From Fidelibacterota bacterium (GTDB lineage Bacteria; Fidelibacterota; Marinisomatia; Marinisomatales; CAZVFT01): a DNA stretch of 42,964 bases. This document shows, in pieces, positions 39,179-42,964 of this stretch. The translations under genes were made by a program, and so were the position numbers. The notes under the pieces are model-generated. The model made no database searches and was not told the DNA's origin. It saw only the letters and a list, made by a program, of their open reading frames with translations. The stretch spans positions 1-42,964 of the forward strand of contig JACNLN010000087.1 in the NCBI GenBank assembly GCA_014381485.1, given 5' to 3'. Position 1 is the first letter of the stretch. Each line of letters begins with the position of its first letter.

Positions 39179-40368
39179 GACGTTTTATTACATCTGTTTT
39201 TGTTTTTGGATTGATTATTATTAACAGTGCTTTTGGAGAGATTCCCTCTCCCGAACCTCCAGCTAATCTGATAGCCGAAGATCATCCCTGGGACCACGGA
39301 GATAAAATTGATTTATCCTGGGACTTATCTATTGATGATTCGAAACTTGTGGAATCTTATCGAATTTATTCTTCCACTTCATCTGAAGTTCCTTTTACTG
39401 TCGTTACCAATATCTCTTCCGGTGAAAATTCATTTATTGTTGAGAAGCTGAAACGAAACCAGGAGTACTTTTTCCAGGTGACTGCAGTGGGGTTAGATGG
39501 TCAGGAATCAACCCCTGCCAGAACGGAAATTGCAGTTGTACCCACAAGGCAGTGGTTCGATGGTAACCGATTTTCTCTGGCGATCATCACACTGATTTTT
39601 TGTGGGTCTGTTTTCTACTGGATTAATCACGCTCGAAAGGGACGACCGCTGAAAATTCGAAAGATAGCAGGATTAGAAGCGGTGGATGAAGCGGTGGGTC
39701 GTGCCACAGAGATGGGGCGTTCATGTCTCTTTATCGCTGGTATTCAAGATATGAATGAGATACAAACTATTGCAGGTATTACTGTTTTATCGAGAGTGGC
39801 TAAGACCGCTGCTGAGTTCGATGCCAGGGTGGAAGTTCCTACCAGCCGTTCACTTGTGATGACAGCAGCAAGAGAAACAGTTCAGGCATCCTATCTTGCA
39901 GCAGGCAGACCAGACGCTTATAACGAGGATAATATTTATTATGTTACTGATGAGCAATTTGGATATGTGGCTTATGTTCAGGGAATGATGGTCAGGGAAA
40001 AACCAGCAGCTTGCTTTTATATGGGTGCTTTTTTTGCAGAATCTCTGATTTTAGCTGAAACGGGGAATTCCATTGGTGCCATTCAGGTGGCTGGAACGGC
40101 TATGCCTGCCCAGCTCCCATTCTTTGTGGCTGCCTGCGATTACACATTGATTGGTGAGGAATTCTTTGCTGCATCGGCTTACCTTTCAGGAGAACCTGAT
40201 CAGCTTGGCAGCCTTAAGGGGCAGGATGTCGGAAAAGTTATCGTCATGGCTGGCATCATTATTGGAGTTACGATGTTAACGGTAGGTATGATTGCAGGCA
40301 TTGATACACCGTTTGGCAGCTGGTTAAATGATGCTGTAAGATTTTTACGAAGTGTTATACTAACCTAG
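39175..40368 (+). CDS. Signal peptide + fibronectin type III domain + DUF6754-like membrane protein
   Basis: PEPPANL, LSW, YRIY, L..NQEYFFQVTAV (Fn3); TM; IRKIAGLEAVDEAVGRATEMGR; LIGEEFFAASAYLS; C-terminal TM; GTGA overlap with upstream gene. Confidence 0.8.
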   Translation: MRRFITSVFVFGLIIINSAFGEIPSPEPPANLIAEDHPWDHGDKIDLSWDLSIDDSKLVESYRIYSSTSSEVPFTVVTNISSGENSFIVEKLKRNQEYFFQVTAVGLDGQESTPARTEIAVVPTRQWFDGNRFSLAIITLIFCGSVFYWINHARKGRPLKIRKIAGLEAVDEAVGRATEMGRSCLFIAGIQDMNEIQTIAGITVLSRVAKTAAEFDARVEVPTSRSLVMTAARETVQASYLAAGRPDAYNEDNIYYVTDEQFGYVAYVQGMMVREKPAACFYMGAFFAESLILAETGNSIGAIQVAGTAMPAQLPFFVAACDYTLIGEEFFAASAYLSGEPDQLGSLKGQDVGKVIVMAGIIIGVTMLTVGMIAGIDTPFGSWLNDAVRFLRSVILT

Positions 40369-40381
40369 GAAAGTTATCTGA

Positions 40382-41080
40382 ATGAAACGGACTGTTCCAC
40401 TTATTATTACAGCACTTGGGGGATTTGTCCTTATTGTTGCCTATTTCATCCCTGCAACACAGAACTGGGGTGAAGTTGCAGCGATCTGGTTTGATATCCT
40501 TGCATCCATTGCTTTCGTACTCGGAGGTGGTAATCTCATTAGAATTCATTTAAAGAAGGTTTCTAACAAAGGTGCAGGGTGGGGATACTCCCTCATCACT
40601 ATTGTTGCTTTTCTTGCAACACTGGTTGTGGGATTGGGGAAGATTGGAGTCCATCCAAGTGCGTTATACCCGAATTTTCCTCTTTCGGGGGAATACAGAG
40701 AGCTGGGGAGTCCTTTCTGGTGGCTCTATGAGTATGCGTTCAAACCACTCACGGCGACAATGTTTGCCATGCTTGCATTCTACATAGCCTCAGCTGCTTT
40801 TCGTGCTTTCAGGGCAAAAAATATTGAAGCAATACTCCTTCTTAGTACAGCATTCATCATCCTGTTAGGCAGGACTTTTGCCGGAGTTTTTCTTACTTCC
40901 TGGATGCCCGATTTCTTGAGTGGTCTGCGAATTGAAAATCTAACCATTTACATTATGAGTGTATTTAATACCGCAGGAAATAGAGCAATCATGATCGGCA
41001 TTGCTTTGGGAATAGCATCTACTTCTCTAAAAGTTTTACTGGGAGTTGACAGGTCCTATCTGGGAACTGGAGAAAAGTAA
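40382..41080 (+). CDS. Hypothetical polytopic membrane protein
   Basis: 232 aa, about 6 hydrophobic segments; ATMFAMLAFYIASAAFRAFR, RAIMIGIALG. Confidence 0.85.
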   Translation: MKRTVPLIITALGGFVLIVAYFIPATQNWGEVAAIWFDILASIAFVLGGGNLIRIHLKKVSNKGAGWGYSLITIVAFLATLVVGLGKIGVHPSALYPNFPLSGEYRELGSPFWWLYEYAFKPLTATMFAMLAFYIASAAFRAFRAKNIEAILLLSTAFIILLGRTFAGVFLTSWMPDFLSGLRIENLTIYIMSVFNTAGNRAIMIGIALGIASTSLKVLLGVDRSYLGTGEK

Positions 41081-41083
41081 TTT

Positions 41084-41956
41084 ATGTTTGAATTCTTTAA
41101 AAATCTTGATCGGCGTTGGATTTTCCTGCTCATGTTCATCTCTGTATCTATCCCGATCTATATTGTTGGTAAGACAGGGAAGACCTTCCCCGAAGTACCC
41201 ACGATTCTTTCGGAGGAAACATTTCGAGCTATTGAAGAACTCAATGAAGGGGATCCAGTTCTGTTATCGTTTGACTTTGATCCAGCGAGTGAAGGTGAAC
41301 TTGGACCTATGGCAACAGCTTTTACCTATCACTGTGCCTCGAAAGGGTTAAAATTATATTTTATGGCTCTATGGCCTGTGGGACCGCAAATGATTGACGA
41401 TGTTATCGAAAAGGTCATCAAACCTGATTTCCCTCATATGGAGTATGGTATTGATTATGTGAATATTGGATTCAAACCGGGAAATGAGGGCGTCATCAAA
41501 GTTATCGTCACCGACCTGCGTCAGCTTTACACGACAGATGACAAAGGGACAAACATTGATAAAATCCCAATGATGGCAGACATCCACAGTGTACAGGATT
41601 TTGAACTTGTTATGAATATCAGCGCTGGCTATGCAGGTACAAAGGAGTGGGTCCAATATGCTGTCACCCCATATCCAGATAAGATTAAACTTGTAGCAGG
41701 TTGTACGGGTGTTCAAGCGCCCCTGCTTTATCCGTATATTCCCGATCAGTTACCCGGACTTCTTGGCGCTATCAAAGGAGCGGCTGAGTATGAAAAACTG
41801 GTTGTGGATAAATATGCGGGTGAAACACCGGATCCAAAGTATCTTGAAGGGAGACGGAGAATGGGACCCCAGCTTGTGGCTCATCTATTGATCATCCTAC
41901 TCATAATTTTGGCTAATGTTATTTACTTTGGCGAGAAAAGACGTGAGGTTCGTTGA
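41084..41956 (+). CDS. Hypothetical membrane-anchored protein (N- and C-terminal TM, central alpha/beta domain)
   Basis: 290 aa; DRRWIFL, SFDFDP, YGIDYVNIGF, GAAEYE; tight coupling to neighbours. Confidence 0.85.
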   Translation: MFEFFKNLDRRWIFLLMFISVSIPIYIVGKTGKTFPEVPTILSEETFRAIEELNEGDPVLLSFDFDPASEGELGPMATAFTYHCASKGLKLYFMALWPVGPQMIDDVIEKVIKPDFPHMEYGIDYVNIGFKPGNEGVIKVIVTDLRQLYTTDDKGTNIDKIPMMADIHSVQDFELVMNISAGYAGTKEWVQYAVTPYPDKIKLVAGCTGVQAPLLYPYIPDQLPGLLGAIKGAAEYEKLVVDKYAGETPDPKYLEGRRRMGPQLVAHLLIILLIILANVIYFGEKRREVR

Positions 41957-42894
41957 TGAAGCGTGAGACGGTCATCTGGGTCATTCTGTTGGTGATTGGT
42001 GGTTTATTCCTGATGGGTCGGCTGTTTTTCAGTGACCAGGGAATGGGGAAGGTATACGTTCAGGCTGTTGAAATAAACCCCGATGACCCGGTTCCAGAAC
42101 ACCGATGGATACGATATGAAAATGCTGACCCTAAAGAATACAAACAAGCCATGGATGAAAATCCCAATCAAACTGAATTTCAGTTGAGTATCTCTCGAAC
42201 AATTGGGATTTGGGTAGCGGCATTTTTCACTCTGTTTGTTCTGTCATTTCTCTACCGGGATAATCCTTTCTACAAGATAGCTGAATCAGTAGTTGTTGGT
42301 GTTTCTGCAGGATACTGGATGGTGGTTGGGTTCTGGACAACTATCATTCCAAATCTGCTTGGCAAACTATTTCCTGTGTGGATCAATAGCTGGGCAATGC
42401 CGGGTCTGGAAGCAAGCAGAGAATTGATGTATATCTTTCCTCTAATTCTTGGGATTATGCTTCTTATGCGCCTATCACCAAAAGGTGCCTGGATTAGCCG
42501 ATGGCCCCTGGCTTTTATCATTGGTACTACCGCTGGCATTCGACTCATCGGATTCTTACATGCAGATTTTTTGACCCAGATTCGAAACACAATCATCACA
42601 ATCTGGGCTACAGACCCGAGTGGTGCATTTGACTTCTGGGGTTCATTAAGGTCCCTGGTTCTCATAATCGGAGTACTGGCAGCCATTGTTTATTTCTTCT
42701 TTTCCATTGAGCATAAGGGGATTGTGGGCAAAACCGCTAAATTAGGTATCTGGTTCCTGATGATTACTTTTGGCGCTGCCTTTGGATATACTGTTATGGG
42801 ACGTATTGCCCTTCTTGCCATCCGTATGGAGTTCCTCATGGACGATTGGCTGTGGCTTATTGATCCAGCGTTAAAACGGACTTTTGGAATGTAA
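41953..42894 (+). CDS. Hypothetical polytopic membrane protein (start may be ATG at 41956)
   Basis: 313 aa; SFLYRDNPFYKIAE, YFFFS.EH, LMITFGAAFGYTVMGR; TGATG overlap. Confidence 0.85.
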   Translation: MMKRETVIWVILLVIGGLFLMGRLFFSDQGMGKVYVQAVEINPDDPVPEHRWIRYENADPKEYKQAMDENPNQTEFQLSISRTIGIWVAAFFTLFVLSFLYRDNPFYKIAESVVVGVSAGYWMVVGFWTTIIPNLLGKLFPVWINSWAMPGLEASRELMYIFPLILGIMLLMRLSPKGAWISRWPLAFIIGTTAGIRLIGFLHADFLTQIRNTIITIWATDPSGAFDFWGSLRSLVLIIGVLAAIVYFFFSIEHKGIVGKTAKLGIWFLMITFGAAFGYTVMGRIALLAIRMEFLMDDWLWLIDPALKRTFGM

Positions 42895-42964
42895 CACAAA
42901 TACCCTCAGTCTTGATTTCAGGATTGATGATATTCAAGCGGCGGTTTTCACATGAAAATCGTCG

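Noticed and set aside
1736..42899. Numerous short antisense or alternate-frame ORFs within tuf, rpoBC, r-protein and membrane genes
   Set aside because: Fully overlap strongly supported genes and have no motifs; duplicates arise from the tuf repeat
42952..42964. Start of a further ORF at the window end
   Set aside because: Only four codons visible; cannot be supported

Overview
All supportable genes are on the + strand. 110-1718 is a tRNA region (Gln, Arg, Glu, then Thr-Tyr-Gly-Thr) interspersed with degenerate tRNA copies and short GC-rich palindromes. 1753-32777 is one uninterrupted translation/transcription super-cluster: tuf-rpmG-tRNA-Trp-secE-nusG-rplKAJL-rpoBC-rpsLG-fusA-tuf-S10-spc-map-rpmJ-alpha. 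It carries two apparently identical tuf copies, an L5 with an 86-aa Lys-rich N-terminal extension, and no adk or infA at their usual positions. 32796-34928 encodes a GHL10-like glycoside hydrolase and CdsA. 34970-42894 is a tightly coupled uncharacterised operon: a 1022-aa GlmL/MutL-like actin-fold ATPase fusion with no glutamate mutase subunits in the window, an Fn3/DUF6754-like membrane protein and several further membrane proteins, interrupted by a 186-bp REPIN/MITE-like element. Gene order and protein style suggest an FCB-group bacterium, possibly Marinimicrobia (inference). The two most interesting signals are this ATPase-membrane operon and a family of short palindromes inserted into tRNA copies, including an intact tRNA-Thr nested inside a split palindrome within a relic tRNA-Thr. 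Family assignments are from motif recognition, not database searches.
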